Shown here: positions 28,227 through 38,526 of the stretch, in pieces
Numbering within the stretch: the first letter of the stretch is position 1
How the letters are laid out: every line of letters starts with the position of its first letter
From: Candidatus Ozemobacteraceae bacterium
Lineage (GTDB): Bacteria; Muiribacteriota; Ozemobacteria; Ozemobacterales; Ozemobacteraceae
Assembly (NCBI GenBank): GCA_965140445.1
Contig: OZ223236.1
Coordinates: forward strand, 3,872,001-3,936,000
Length of the DNA stretch: 64,000 nt
Reading direction: 5' to 3'
The notes under the pieces: model-generated
Seen by the model: only the letters and a program-made list of their open reading frames with translations
Told to the model about the DNA's origin: nothing
Databases searched by the model: none
Program-made: the position numbers and the translations under genes

Positions 28227-28820
28227 TCAGTTGCTGGTGAAAACTTCGCTAGAGGCAATACTAGATTGCATTTCAGCTATAAATTCGGGTAAAAGCAGAT
28301 TAAACTCCTCTCTATGCTCCTTGAGAACAGGAATTGCAAGATGAAGTTGTATCCCACGACCAAAATGAGCTCCCATTTGTCTAAGAATCCCTTCAATCTC
28401 AGAAATGTGCTTATTTCTGGTTAACCATTTATCGCGCTTCATAAGCATAAAAATTCTCTGAAAACCTGCCGGTAATTGTAAAGAATGCTTTTCCAGTGCA
28501 GACAATACAGATTCTGAAAAACTTGAGAGCTCTTGGTGAGAAAATTTGTCCCAGTTAGTTGCCAGTAAATAATCTAAAAATACATCAGTAATAACACCTC
28601 TAAAATGGCCGAACTCTTTTCCAATTCTGGATTTTATTATAGAAAAAGCCTTAATATCTTCGCATCTTGAATCAATAATTCTGTGCAAAAGGAGCCCCTT
28701 TTTGATACCCGCAGAATAACTGGTCTGCTCAATATCACCTTTGACAAAATCGCCAAACATGTTTCCAGCAAGGATCTCAGAATCGCTTCCTGAAAAGAAT
28801 GCGTGTCCTAAAAAATTCAT
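28227..28820 (-). CDS. acpH: acyl carrier protein phosphodiesterase (DUF479)
   Basis: MNFLGHA, GNMFGDFVKG, GLLLHRIID, VITDVFLDYLLA. Confidence 0.85.
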   Translation of the reverse strand: MNFLGHAFFSGSDSEILAGNMFGDFVKGDIEQTSYSAGIKKGLLLHRIIDSRCEDIKAFSIIKSRIGKEFGHFRGVITDVFLDYLLATNWDKFSHQELSSFSESVLSALEKHSLQLPAGFQRIFMLMKRDKWLTRNKHISEIEGILRQMGAHFGRGIQLHLAIPVLKEHREEFNLLLPEFIAEMQSSIASSEVFTSN

Positions 28821-28880
28821 TACGTCTTCCAGAATCTATTTTTGATTAATTTTTTTCAACCAGCTTAAAGCTTAAGCTAA

Positions 28881-29195
28881 CTAGTTTTTCTGCTTAAAAA
28901 CGAAAGTTTGTAAGCCTTCCGACCCAACATCTTTCCAGGCTCTTTCTTCATTAGGATTAACTTCAACCACATCGCCGGATTGCACCTGAAATTCCTTATC
29001 TCTTATAACTAGAGTTCCAGAACCTTTCACAACGGCGAAGATTACGTTTTGATCAAGGCTATGAGCAGGAATAGCTCCCCCTTTTTCAAGTTCAAGAAAA
29101 ACCACATCAGCGCGTTTCATTTCCGCAATTAGCTTTCCAGTCGATTTGTTACCACGAAAAATTTCTTTTGAATCTACAAAATTAAATACTTTCAA
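28881..29195 (-). CDS. cupin domain protein
   Basis: LEKGGAIPAH...VVKGSGTL...GDVV.V.PN. Confidence 0.75.
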   Translation of the reverse strand: MKVFNFVDSKEIFRGNKSTGKLIAEMKRADVVFLELEKGGAIPAHSLDQNVIFAVVKGSGTLVIRDKEFQVQSGDVVEVNPNEERAWKDVGSEGLQTFVFKQKN

Positions 29196-29298
29196 TTACT
29201 CTTCATCCATTTCCTTGAATTTTTTCTTTGATTATAGCCATTTTCCAAGTATTTTGAAAACCTTGTTATTATTTCATTAAAACAACTAAGGAAAAAAA

Positions 29299-29934
29299 AT
29301 GAAAAACAAAATCCTGATGACTATTTTTTTGCTAAGCGCTCTTCTAAGCACTTCACAACTTTTTGCCCAAGAACAATTTATTAAAGAATGGAAAAAATTT
29401 AATACTTTCTTCAGCAACTTTTCTGAAGCTGGGCTTCCAGATTTCGATAAAAAAAACCTTGATGATAAAATTTTGGAAAACTTCGCTATCCGTCATCTTT
29501 ATCTGAACCGTTTTAATCGCATGAAAAACTCTCCAAATGGCCCGGATAAAATAGCTCCAGAAAAATGGGTTCAGGATACTGCCGAAAAATTCTTCGGAAA
29601 AACAATCTCTAACCCAGGTTCAAAAAATGGAGAATACAAAATCCCGGTCTGTGAAGGTGAAGGCTACACGTTTTCGCAGGTAAACAGTATGAAGCAGATC
29701 GATAAAAAGACTTTTGCTGCTGAAATCAACGTTTTTTCCAGTTATGCCGGTGTAATTGTAGATCCACACGGAGATAATGAAACATGGAAAAAAGAAGGAG
29801 AAGATGTGGCATTGGTTGGTGTGTGGAAAGCTGAATTTACTAACTCAGGCAAGGGGCCACATCCATTAAAGCTTCTCTCCTATAAAAAAATACGTGGCCC
29901 GGTTTTAAATCAAACAACAGAGCCAACCAACTAA
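29299..29934 (+). CDS. secreted hypothetical protein
   Basis: signal peptide (LFA); FNTFFSNFSE motif; AAGGA RBS. Confidence 0.65.
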   Translation: MKNKILMTIFLLSALLSTSQLFAQEQFIKEWKKFNTFFSNFSEAGLPDFDKKNLDDKILENFAIRHLYLNRFNRMKNSPNGPDKIAPEKWVQDTAEKFFGKTISNPGSKNGEYKIPVCEGEGYTFSQVNSMKQIDKKTFAAEINVFSSYAGVIVDPHGDNETWKKEGEDVALVGVWKAEFTNSGKGPHPLKLLSYKKIRGPVLNQTTEPTN

Positions 29935-30750
29935 TCAGTCTTTCAGGGCGCCAGAAGTAATTCCTTCAATAATTTCTTTCTGGAAAAACCAGAATATTGC
30001 AATAATTGGTAGGGAGCTGACTGAAGCTCCCGCCATTAATGCGCCCCAATCAGTTGCAAAAGGTCCCTGAGTAAACATTGCCAAACCGACTGGAAGAGTT
30101 CTTACCGAAGCGGTATCAGTAAGAATCAAAGGGAAAAGAAACGAATTCCAGGTCATAATGGAAGTATTCACAACCAAAACAGCAACAGCTGGTTTGCACA
30201 GCGGGAAAATCACATGCCGCAAAATTCCGATTTCCGAAGAGCCATCTGTTCTGGCAGCATCTTCCAGGTCTGGTGGTAAGCCTTCAATATATTGCTTAAC
30301 CAGAAACAGATTAAAACCATCCACACAAAATGGCAAAATCAAAGCCCAAAGACTGTTGTGAAGGCCTAGACGCACCATTAAATCCAGAATCGGAATCATC
30401 AAAGTCTGTTTTGGGATCATCAAAGTCACCAAAACCAAAGTAAACAGGCTTTTCCTGAACGGAAACCTATATCTCGCGAATGCGTAGCCTACAGATAGAG
30501 AAAAAACCACATTAGCTAGAATTACTACTATCAATACCAGAAAGCTATTTAGGGTAAAGGTTAAAAAGCCAGCGCTCCCGAGAACAAGGCGATAATACTC
30601 AAGCGTGAACAACCCCTTCCCATCAGACATCCCAGGCTCATGACGCATTATCGACCTGAAAATCATATAAAACCAGGGATACAAAAAGCTTAAAGCAAGC
30701 GCAGACAGAATCATGAAATTAAGCTTGTTAAGCAAACCTTTCCGTTTCAT
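29935..30750 (-). CDS. carbohydrate ABC transporter permease (MalG-like)
   Basis: GYAFAR, DLEDAARTDG EAA loop, WNSFLFPLI, TLPVGL, EGITSGALK. Confidence 0.9.
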   Translation of the reverse strand: MKRKGLLNKLNFMILSALALSFLYPWFYMIFRSIMRHEPGMSDGKGLFTLEYYRLVLGSAGFLTFTLNSFLVLIVVILANVVFSLSVGYAFARYRFPFRKSLFTLVLVTLMIPKQTLMIPILDLMVRLGLHNSLWALILPFCVDGFNLFLVKQYIEGLPPDLEDAARTDGSSEIGILRHVIFPLCKPAVAVLVVNTSIMTWNSFLFPLILTDTASVRTLPVGLAMFTQGPFATDWGALMAGASVSSLPIIAIFWFFQKEIIEGITSGALKD

Positions 30751-33023
30751 CTAGTCCTCCCAAGCACGCGCATTTGCAGTAGGGAAAGGGTCAGAATGAT
30801 TGCAAAAAGCACATACGATAAGGCAGATGCATAGCCCATTTCCTGAAATCGGAACGCTGCTTCGTAGAGTCTGTGAACCATAGTATCGGTTGAACCCAGG
30901 GGGCCGCCTCTGGTAAGAGTAAACACTTCAGGAAACACCTGCCAACTGCGAATTGTATTAATAACTATGATAAAAACCGTCATGTAGTGAATCTGAGGTA
31001 AAGTAATAAATCTGAACTTCTGCCATTCGGTTGCTCCGTCAACGTCTGCTGCTTCGTAATACTGTTTTGGCACAGCTTTTATAGCCGCAAGATATAAAAC
31101 CATGTAATAACCCAGAAATGCCCAGATATCCATTAACATGATTGCAGGAAGGGCTGTCGACGTTTCTACCAGCCATGAATAGCCAGTTAAGCCAAAGAAG
31201 CCAAGCACTCTATTTAGCATTCCAACAGGTGAGTAAAACGATTTAAAAATAGTTGCCGTGACTACAATAGAAATTATCGATGGAAGAAAAAAAGCTGAAC
31301 GAAAAAATCCCTCGGCTTTTTTCAGGTTATTTATCATTACAGCAAGAGCTAGAGCCAGAACAGTTGTTACTGGCGTAGTTCCCATAACAAAGAAAAGGGT
31401 GTTCTTAAAAGCACGCACAAACTGTGGATCTTTGAAGAGGCGAATATAATTTTCCAGGCCAGTAAACCTGAAATTTTGCGGATGAAAAACATCATAATCG
31501 CCAAAACTCAAAATTAGTGAAAATAGTAAAGGATAGAGCCAGAAAACCAGAAAAGTAATAATCCAGGGAGACAGAAACAGCAAAGCGCGCTGAGATCGCT
31601 CAATTGGGCCTACTTTTCTTGCCGTTCCGTTTACTAAACTACGTTTTTTTTTTACTTCAATAATCAAAAATGAAAGCAGAACAGCATTCAAAATAGTTCC
31701 GCATGCAATTATAATCAGAAGAGTTAAATGCCAGCCAGAACTACTTGTTTTGCCATTTGCCTTATCATTTGCCGCAGCAATTGAATCTGCTTTTGTTCTT
31801 TTCTGGCGACTTTCACGAAGCTCCTTAACCCGATTATATTCCTTTTCTGCCATGCCCAATGCAACTGGAATCTCAGTGCCATACATGGCCTTTTCGACCG
31901 CTTCGTTAACTATCTTTTCAAGTTCAATCCATAGAGGATGGATTGGGGGATGAACACCGGTTTTCATTTGTTCAATAAAAACCCTAAGCCGGGGGTCTGA
32001 ATCAAAAAATGGATCAGCAAAAGCTTCGATATTTGCGGGAAAGCTGACCAACGCCTCTTTTGTTATGGGAAGGGTATTTTCTTTTCTAGTTAAAAATCTA
32101 ATAAAACTGGCCGCAATATCCGGATTTTTACAGGTTTTAAATAGTACAAGTATTTCTCCACCCATAAATGAAGCGCTGTACCCTTTGCCATTATCTGGTT
32201 CAGGAATCAAGGCCACTGAAAAGTCCAGGTCAGGAGCATCTTTTGGATATCTGGCAAAATTCCAAGAGCCAGAAATCGTCATCCCAAGCTTTCCACGCTT
32301 GAAAGCTTCGTCTAACAGGTCCTGTTTTTCTCTGTAACTATATTTCTGCAATTCCAGATAATAGGTAAAAGCTTCCCGGGTTTGGGGGCTGTCAAAAACG
32401 TAATTTCCGTTTTCATCAAGAATTTTACCGTGATTTCCCCATACAAAAGGGAGAAATTTCTTGTATAAAATATGCCCCTCGCCTGCATTCATACCAAAAC
32501 CAAAAGTCCCATCAGCAGGATTATGGATTTTTTTTGCAGCGGCTAGCATTTCAGACCAGGTCTTTGGAGGATTATCCGGATTTAAACCTGCAGCCTTAAA
32601 AAGACTCCTATTGTAGAATAGAACTCGGGTTCCAGCGAGCCATGGCATACCATACAAACGGCCACCCATTTGGGCAGGTTCCCACATCAAGTATTCTTTT
32701 TTCAGATCAGAAAACTTATCAGTTACATCAAGTAAAGCGCCCTCTGACATGAACTTTCCCATCCATGTCGAACCAATTTCACAGATATCAGGAGCGCGAC
32801 CATTTGCCATGGCAACAATGATCTTGTCCAGACCATTTCCCCAGTTAATCTGCTCATTATGGATTTTTACGCCTGGGTTTTCTTTTTCGAACTTTTCTAT
32901 AACAGGAAGTATGAACTTTGGATTCCAGAAATTCCAGAAGACTAACTCCTCTGCGGCAAAAGAAAAAGATGCCTGCAGAAATAAAACCAAAAAAAATACA
33001 CTTTTTATAGCTAGTCTACTCAC
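30747..33023 (-). CDS. sugar-binding protein fused to a MalF-like ABC permease
   Basis: signal peptide; SBP (FEKENPGVKI, APDI, LFYNRSLF, PPKTWSE); permease (GLENYIRL, YYEAADVDGA, GYASA). Confidence 0.88.
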   Translation of the reverse strand: MSRLAIKSVFFLVLFLQASFSFAAEELVFWNFWNPKFILPVIEKFEKENPGVKIHNEQINWGNGLDKIIVAMANGRAPDICEIGSTWMGKFMSEGALLDVTDKFSDLKKEYLMWEPAQMGGRLYGMPWLAGTRVLFYNRSLFKAAGLNPDNPPKTWSEMLAAAKKIHNPADGTFGFGMNAGEGHILYKKFLPFVWGNHGKILDENGNYVFDSPQTREAFTYYLELQKYSYREKQDLLDEAFKRGKLGMTISGSWNFARYPKDAPDLDFSVALIPEPDNGKGYSASFMGGEILVLFKTCKNPDIAASFIRFLTRKENTLPITKEALVSFPANIEAFADPFFDSDPRLRVFIEQMKTGVHPPIHPLWIELEKIVNEAVEKAMYGTEIPVALGMAEKEYNRVKELRESRQKRTKADSIAAANDKANGKTSSSGWHLTLLIIIACGTILNAVLLSFLIIEVKKKRSLVNGTARKVGPIERSQRALLFLSPWIITFLVFWLYPLLFSLILSFGDYDVFHPQNFRFTGLENYIRLFKDPQFVRAFKNTLFFVMGTTPVTTVLALALAVMINNLKKAEGFFRSAFFLPSIISIVVTATIFKSFYSPVGMLNRVLGFFGLTGYSWLVETSTALPAIMLMDIWAFLGYYMVLYLAAIKAVPKQYYEAADVDGATEWQKFRFITLPQIHYMTVFIIVINTIRSWQVFPEVFTLTRGGPLGSTDTMVHRLYEAAFRFQEMGYASALSYVLFAIILTLSLLQMRVLGRTR

Positions 33024-33128
33024 CGGTTCTTTTTAGCAGTTTAAAAGTTGCTTGGCAAGGTATTAATTTGCAGAAATCGCTATTTTGGTGTAAAGTTCTC
33101 GCAACATAAAAGAACCGAGAGGAAAATC

Positions 33129-33626
33129 ATGCAAGAAATAGTGAGAGTAGTAACTAAAGAACAGATCCAAACACTGGCCAATCTGGCAAAACTAATTTGG
33201 ACAAGCCATTACACCCCTATAATCGGAAAAAACCAGGTTGACTACATGGTTGAGAAATACCAATCCGTTAAGGCCATTTTAGAGCAAATAGAAAACGAAA
33301 ATTACTTATATTTCCTTCTTTACCAGAACAGGGAGCCGGCAGGCTATTTTTCCTTTAAATTAGATGAAAATGAAGTATTTTTAAGCAAGCTCTATGTTAA
33401 AGCTGAGCTCCGCAAAAAAGGGCTGGGTCGCAAAGCTATGACTTTCATCCAGAATATTACCGCCGAAAATTGTCTAAAAAACATCAGACTGACTGTAAAT
33501 AAGAATAACAAAGACTCAATTTCTGCCTATTTGAAGCTCGGCTTTGAAAATGTTGGACCATTAGTAACAGATATAGGAAATGGATTTGTTATGGATGATT
33601 ACGTTTTGCGTAAAACACTGTCGTAG
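33129..33626 (+). CDS. GNAT family N-acetyltransferase
   Basis: LSKLYV...RKKGLGR, LTVNKNN..SI..Y.KLGF, GFVMDDY; start ATG 33129 after GAGG. Confidence 0.85.
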   Translation: MQEIVRVVTKEQIQTLANLAKLIWTSHYTPIIGKNQVDYMVEKYQSVKAILEQIENENYLYFLLYQNREPAGYFSFKLDENEVFLSKLYVKAELRKKGLGRKAMTFIQNITAENCLKNIRLTVNKNNKDSISAYLKLGFENVGPLVTDIGNGFVMDDYVLRKTLS

Positions 33627-34579
33627 CAAGAGGTTTTATCATTACTGAAGCAGTAAATAAATCTTTCACTGCCAAAGCCACTGATTAAAAGCCGTTCTTT
33701 CTGGTTTGCCAGCAAAGTCGCGGTCCAATCAGTAAAACCGCCATCAACAATAAAATTGTCATCGAAGTATATGTTAAAACGCATACCACGATAATAGCCT
33801 TCCCCCTCAGAGTTTTCGTTGCTGAATTTGAAACAAACCTCTGGAAACTCTCTGTGCAATTCATTTATGGCGTATTCGCAAAGGTCATACATAGAATCTT
33901 CATATACTGTAAACAGTATTTTTATCTTGGAAAACTCATATCCAAGTTCTTTGAGTTTTTTTGCGAGTTTGAGATGGTAGTAAAGTTGTTCCAAAAGCGA
34001 TCTGCGCTCAAACTCTAATCCGCCTTCGTCCCTACCGGCCATTACCATCGAAAATATTCGAAAATGAGCAAAAGAAGCTGCTCCAGAAAAGGTTTGAGTC
34101 CTGGTCAAACGATGGCTGGCGCATAGTCCAACTATTTCAGTGGATCTTGGCGAACCCAATAAAAGTTGCCGTCTTCGCACTGCACATTCCAAGGCAAGAA
34201 AATTGGTAGAATCGGAACAAACTTCTGTATTTCTTGTAGTAGAAATACAGTTGTTCTGGTTCACCGGTGCCATTACACTGTTAGTTCCAAGGGGACACAC
34301 CGGAGGTAGCTCTATGGCCTGAAAATTCTCAGGCAGCAAATCATAAGCTAGTTGATCAAAAGCGGCGAAGAACTTTGGGTTTATATGTGAAGGTTTTACA
34401 AATCTATTGTTTCCATAAGAAATCATCAGATCCCTTGCGGAAAGTTTTTCAGCTCTAAAACGAAAAGTTTCAATGAGCAAAGATTGAAGATCAGAAGAAT
34501 TAAGCCTTTCGCTCAATAGCTTAAAAGCCTTCAAACACTCTTCATCCTTAAACAACCTGTTAAGAATTTTTTCTTTCAT
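33599..34579 (-). CDS. class II aminoacyl-tRNA synthetase-like (HisRS/HisZ catalytic fold) protein
   Basis: SDSTNFLA, HRLTRTQ...HFRIF, GYYRGMRF, VDGGFTD, SGFGSER; no anticodon-binding domain. Confidence 0.55.
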   Translation of the reverse strand: MKEKILNRLFKDEECLKAFKLLSERLNSSDLQSLLIETFRFRAEKLSARDLMISYGNNRFVKPSHINPKFFAAFDQLAYDLLPENFQAIELPPVCPLGTNSVMAPVNQNNCISTTRNTEVCSDSTNFLALECAVRRRQLLLGSPRSTEIVGLCASHRLTRTQTFSGAASFAHFRIFSMVMAGRDEGGLEFERRSLLEQLYYHLKLAKKLKELGYEFSKIKILFTVYEDSMYDLCEYAINELHREFPEVCFKFSNENSEGEGYYRGMRFNIYFDDNFIVDGGFTDWTATLLANQKERLLISGFGSERFIYCFSNDKTSCYDSVLRKT

Positions 34580-34662
34580 AAATTTCCCCCAACTTGCAAT
34601 TTCGCCATTTGGAACAACAGAAATTTAACTTGCCCATTGAAACTTAAACGCCTTCAGATAGC

Positions 34663-36336
34663 TTAGATTGAAAACTTCCTGAACTTTGCCCTGCGCCCTT
34701 CATTAGCTGCAGTGCCCATTTTCTTCAAACAGCTGTTTTCATAGTCTTCAAAGTTTCCTTCGAACCATGAAACCTTGGCATTACCCTCAAACACTAAAAG
34801 ATGAGTACAAATTCTGTTGAGGAAAAAGCGATCATGACTTATAACCAGAGCACAGCCCGCAAATTCGTCGATAGCATCTTCCAGAAGTCGTAAAGTTCCA
34901 ACATCAAGATCATTCGTTGGTTCATCCAACATTAGAAGGTTTCCGCCAGATTTTACGATCTTGGCCAGATGCACGCGGTTTCTTTCTCCGCCAGACAAAT
35001 TGCCCACTTTTTTCTGCTGATCTGATCCTTTGAATCCAAATCGGCCACAATAAGCTCTGGAAGGTATTCTTATCTTACCAAACTGAACTTCATCCAGACC
35101 ATCGCTGATTTCGTCAAAAACAGTTTTGTCACCTTCAAGAACTTCCCGGTGCTGATCTACCCAGGCCATCTTAACAGTTGGCCCTACAGTTACCGTTCCC
35201 GAATCAGGGGTTTCTACGCCAGCGATCATTCTAAACATAGTAGTTTTACCAGCCCCGTTCGGGCCAATAATTCCAACAACAGCGCCTCTTGGCAGCTTAA
35301 ACTGAACATCTTCGAGGAGTTTATTCTGCCCATAAGCTTTGCCCACGCCTTCAAATTCAACAACCTGATCACCCAGGTGTTCCGCTGGTGCAATCTGAAT
35401 AACAGTCTCATCGCCTCTTTCACCAGGAATTCCACGAGCTACAAGATCTTCGAATTTGGCAATTCTGTCTTTGTGTAGTTCACGTCTATCGCCAGAATTC
35501 ATTCTAATCCACTTTAGCTCGCGCTCAAGAGAACGACGTTTAGCTGACTCACGTTTTTCTGCTTTTGCCAGGATTTCAAGTTTTTGGGCTAACCAGGAAC
35601 TGTAGTTTCCTTCGAAAGGAATTCCACGCCCTTCATCAAGCTCCAGAATCCATTTAGTAATATTATCGAGGAAATATCGGTCATGTGTAGAAATAATAAC
35701 TGTTCCGGGATAGTCTTTCAGGTAGTTTTCAAGCCATGCAACTGTCTGTGCATCAAGATGGTTCGTAGGCTCATCAAGTAGAAGCAGGTCCGGCTGTTCA
35801 AGCAACACGCGGCACAAGGCAACGCGACGCTTTTCCCCACCAGAAAGTTTATCAACCAGCATATCATCAGGTGGAAGCACAAGAGCATTGGCCGCCACAT
35901 TCATTTTTGTTTCAAGATCCCAGCCATCAACGGCGTCAATTTTATCCTGTAGCTTGGCCATTTTATCCATCGCCTTGTCCATATCATCGGGGTCCATATC
36001 GCCCATCGCTACAGAGATATCTTCATATTCCTTTATCAGAGCAAGTGTTTCAGCGAAAGCACCTTCAATATTCTCACGAACGGTTTTTCCTTCTTCTAAC
36101 GTTGGTTCCTGCGGAACAAAACCCACTTTAGTTCCCTTAAGGGGTTCGGCCTGCCCACGAAATTCTTTATCCAAACCAGCCATTATTCTCAAAACAGTAC
36201 TTTTTCCTGCGCCATTTGCACCAACGATTCCAATTTTAGCGCCCGGAAAGAAGCACAGATTAATGTCTTTTAGTACCTGCCGAGACCCATAAAACTTGCT
36301 CAGCCCCAACATAGTGAAAATATATTTTTCAGCCAT
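34663..36336 (-). CDS. ettA: energy-dependent translational throttle ABC-F ATPase EttA
   Basis: YIFTM..LSK, FFPGAKIGIVGANGAGKST, WILELDEGRGIPFEGNYSSWL, RAYCGRFGFKGSDQQKKVG.LSGGERNRVHLAK. Confidence 0.92.
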   Translation of the reverse strand: MAEKYIFTMLGLSKFYGSRQVLKDINLCFFPGAKIGIVGANGAGKSTVLRIMAGLDKEFRGQAEPLKGTKVGFVPQEPTLEEGKTVRENIEGAFAETLALIKEYEDISVAMGDMDPDDMDKAMDKMAKLQDKIDAVDGWDLETKMNVAANALVLPPDDMLVDKLSGGEKRRVALCRVLLEQPDLLLLDEPTNHLDAQTVAWLENYLKDYPGTVIISTHDRYFLDNITKWILELDEGRGIPFEGNYSSWLAQKLEILAKAEKRESAKRRSLERELKWIRMNSGDRRELHKDRIAKFEDLVARGIPGERGDETVIQIAPAEHLGDQVVEFEGVGKAYGQNKLLEDVQFKLPRGAVVGIIGPNGAGKTTMFRMIAGVETPDSGTVTVGPTVKMAWVDQHREVLEGDKTVFDEISDGLDEVQFGKIRIPSRAYCGRFGFKGSDQQKKVGNLSGGERNRVHLAKIVKSGGNLLMLDEPTNDLDVGTLRLLEDAIDEFAGCALVISHDRFFLNRICTHLLVFEGNAKVSWFEGNFEDYENSCLKKMGTAANEGRRAKFRKFSI

Positions 36337-36430
36337 CCTGTTCCACACCTCAAGTTAATTTAGCCTGATTTTAACGTAAAATCACTATGGTAACAAGCTG
36401 AATGAAAATTGGTGCATCTAGTTAGAAATT

Positions 36431-36459
36431 TAGCATTAAAATAATAAATTTTAATGCTA
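36431..36459. repeat. perfect 12-bp inverted repeat (operator or AT-rich hairpin)
   Basis: TAGCATTAAAAT-AATAA-ATTTTAATGCTA. Confidence 0.6.
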
Positions 36460-36536
36460 GCATGAACTTGTATAAGTTAAAGGAGCAACTTCTTAGAAGC
36501 TTATCAGTGCACTTTAAAGTTAATATACCAACCTAA

Positions 36537-38297
36537 CTATTCTAATAAATAGTAACTATCATTCATTTCCGGGTTAGGAACGTATTCTTTATATAAATCA
36601 ATCAAAATATTAGGGTATAATTCTTTTCCTGGAAACTGAGAAAAAATGGTATTCAGCCTTTTACATTCTTCACCGTTCAGATAAAACCTAAATTGCTCAA
36701 ACTGCTTTATAGCAATATGCAACCGAAAATGACTCTGTGAAGACTTCATCATAACTCTTTCAAGAGAGTCTATTGCTTCTAGAATTTCTGAATGTTTCTT
36801 CTTAGGTTTCAATTCTGGTAGAACGCTTACCATACCATCTTCAGACACTATCAATACAACCAGCCCTAAATCTTTTTGCTTTTCTTTTCTTGCCGAGTAA
36901 TATCTTAAAGAAGAATTAAACCTTGCTCCTCTTTCTGACGTTCCTAAATCTTTTTTTGCCTCTCCATCCAAAATAACACCACATGCGTAGCAGATTCCGT
37001 TTGGATCTATAAGTAAAGCACCGTCAATCGAGGTTAAAGCGCTTACATGTTCCTTTTTTAATTTACATTTTTTTAGCATAAAGCATTGGTTTTTCAGTCT
37101 ATTTGCTTCAGATTGCGCCTCTTCAGAAATTACCAAAACTGTGCCGTGGGTCTGTTTTTTTGATTCTTCAACGAAGGAGGCAAGTAAATTAAGTTTAATC
37201 TCTTTAAGACCTTTAAATACTCTTTGAAGTTCCCTCTTTATATTATCAATAGATTTTTCTTCTTCTGGTAAAAACGGAGTATTGAATCTAACTCGCATCA
37301 AAGGTTTCCCGCCGTGGGATAAATTCCATTTAAATTGCCCCAAAAACTCAACAAAGAAAACCTCATTAATTTCATTGTTAAGTTTTTTTTTCAATTTTCC
37401 TATTCCAAGAATCCACTCCGAGTCAGAAATCAAAAACGTTTTTTCCCGACACATTTCCAAAAGTTTTCTTACTTTTCTATGGCTACTTATCGAAATTTTC
37501 TCTTCAAACGAGTAGACTAAATCAACACACGAGTTTTCAGGCCTTGCAAAAAGAATTTTCCCTTGAGTTTTTTCACCTTCATAGGTTAAACAAGAAATCT
37601 TGTTGCATACCTCGTAAAGAGAAATACTGACTGTTCCTAAAACAAATTTTGGCTTTTGCCCTTGAAAAAAATTTTTTCCTGCTTTAATAAATAATTCTTC
37701 AGGATCAAAATTTCCTCTTTTAAAATCTTCATTTGACAAAACTGAATAGCAATTGTCCAGGAATAATGTCGCTACGGACGAGAAAAAAGAATTGAAGGAT
37801 ACTTGCTTTTGAGATTTATATTGATTTCGCAAAAACTTATACTTTTCTACAATTTCCTTAGATACCTCAAGAAAAACTAGCACCAAATACTTTTCTTTTC
37901 TTATAAAGTTAGAAATATATCTTCGCTTTCCCGGAAGAATCTCCCAACTTTGTAAAAATTCATAAATACTTTTTCTTTTCTCAGCATACAAGGAGAAATC
38001 TTGCGGATTTGGAGGGTTTAAATTACCAAAGACCTTGAATCTGATCTTTTGATCCAATTTGGACCAAACTTCAACTTCATCCTTTATTTTCAAAATTTCA
38101 CTTGGCTCTTCTACTTGACAGCTTGGTTCAAAAATAACTTTATCATCCCCACTTTTTGTTGGAATAGCCAAAATAGAAACTTTTTGCAACAACCTTTTAT
38201 CTAATTTCCAAAAAATTGAATTTGCCGAATCTTGGAAAGTATCACAATAATTTGCTATCTTAGTAGATAGTTTTAAATATTCATCTTCTATAATCAC
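36537..38297 (-). CDS. diadenylate cyclase (DisA_N/DAC domain) with long N-terminal sensor-type region (DACNG/DACNH-like)
   Basis: TYEGEKTQGKI, RKVRKLLEM, QTHGTVLVIS, SIDGALLID, GVILDG, RGARFNS, VSEDGMV. Confidence 0.8.
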   Translation of the reverse strand: MIIEDEYLKLSTKIANYCDTFQDSANSIFWKLDKRLLQKVSILAIPTKSGDDKVIFEPSCQVEEPSEILKIKDEVEVWSKLDQKIRFKVFGNLNPPNPQDFSLYAEKRKSIYEFLQSWEILPGKRRYISNFIRKEKYLVLVFLEVSKEIVEKYKFLRNQYKSQKQVSFNSFFSSVATLFLDNCYSVLSNEDFKRGNFDPEELFIKAGKNFFQGQKPKFVLGTVSISLYEVCNKISCLTYEGEKTQGKILFARPENSCVDLVYSFEEKISISSHRKVRKLLEMCREKTFLISDSEWILGIGKLKKKLNNEINEVFFVEFLGQFKWNLSHGGKPLMRVRFNTPFLPEEEKSIDNIKRELQRVFKGLKEIKLNLLASFVEESKKQTHGTVLVISEEAQSEANRLKNQCFMLKKCKLKKEHVSALTSIDGALLIDPNGICYACGVILDGEAKKDLGTSERGARFNSSLRYYSARKEKQKDLGLVVLIVSEDGMVSVLPELKPKKKHSEILEAIDSLERVMMKSSQSHFRLHIAIKQFEQFRFYLNGEECKRLNTIFSQFPGKELYPNILIDLYKEYVPNPEMNDSYYLLE

Positions 38298-38526
38298 AAT
38301 TCCCTTACCTTTTCAAACCCAGCTCACGAAATGTTTTTCAGTTCTACAAAATAGAAAAATGCAAAACATGAATTGTTGCATGGTTACATCATTTTGCCAT
38401 CCACATTATAAGTATTTACTAGTAATATGCAAAATAAGAATTCATAGATATCATAAAAAAAATTAGTAACTGTTTTGTTAAATGGATAAAAGTCTTTGAA
38501 CAAATAGCCTAGAAAAATCAATTTAA

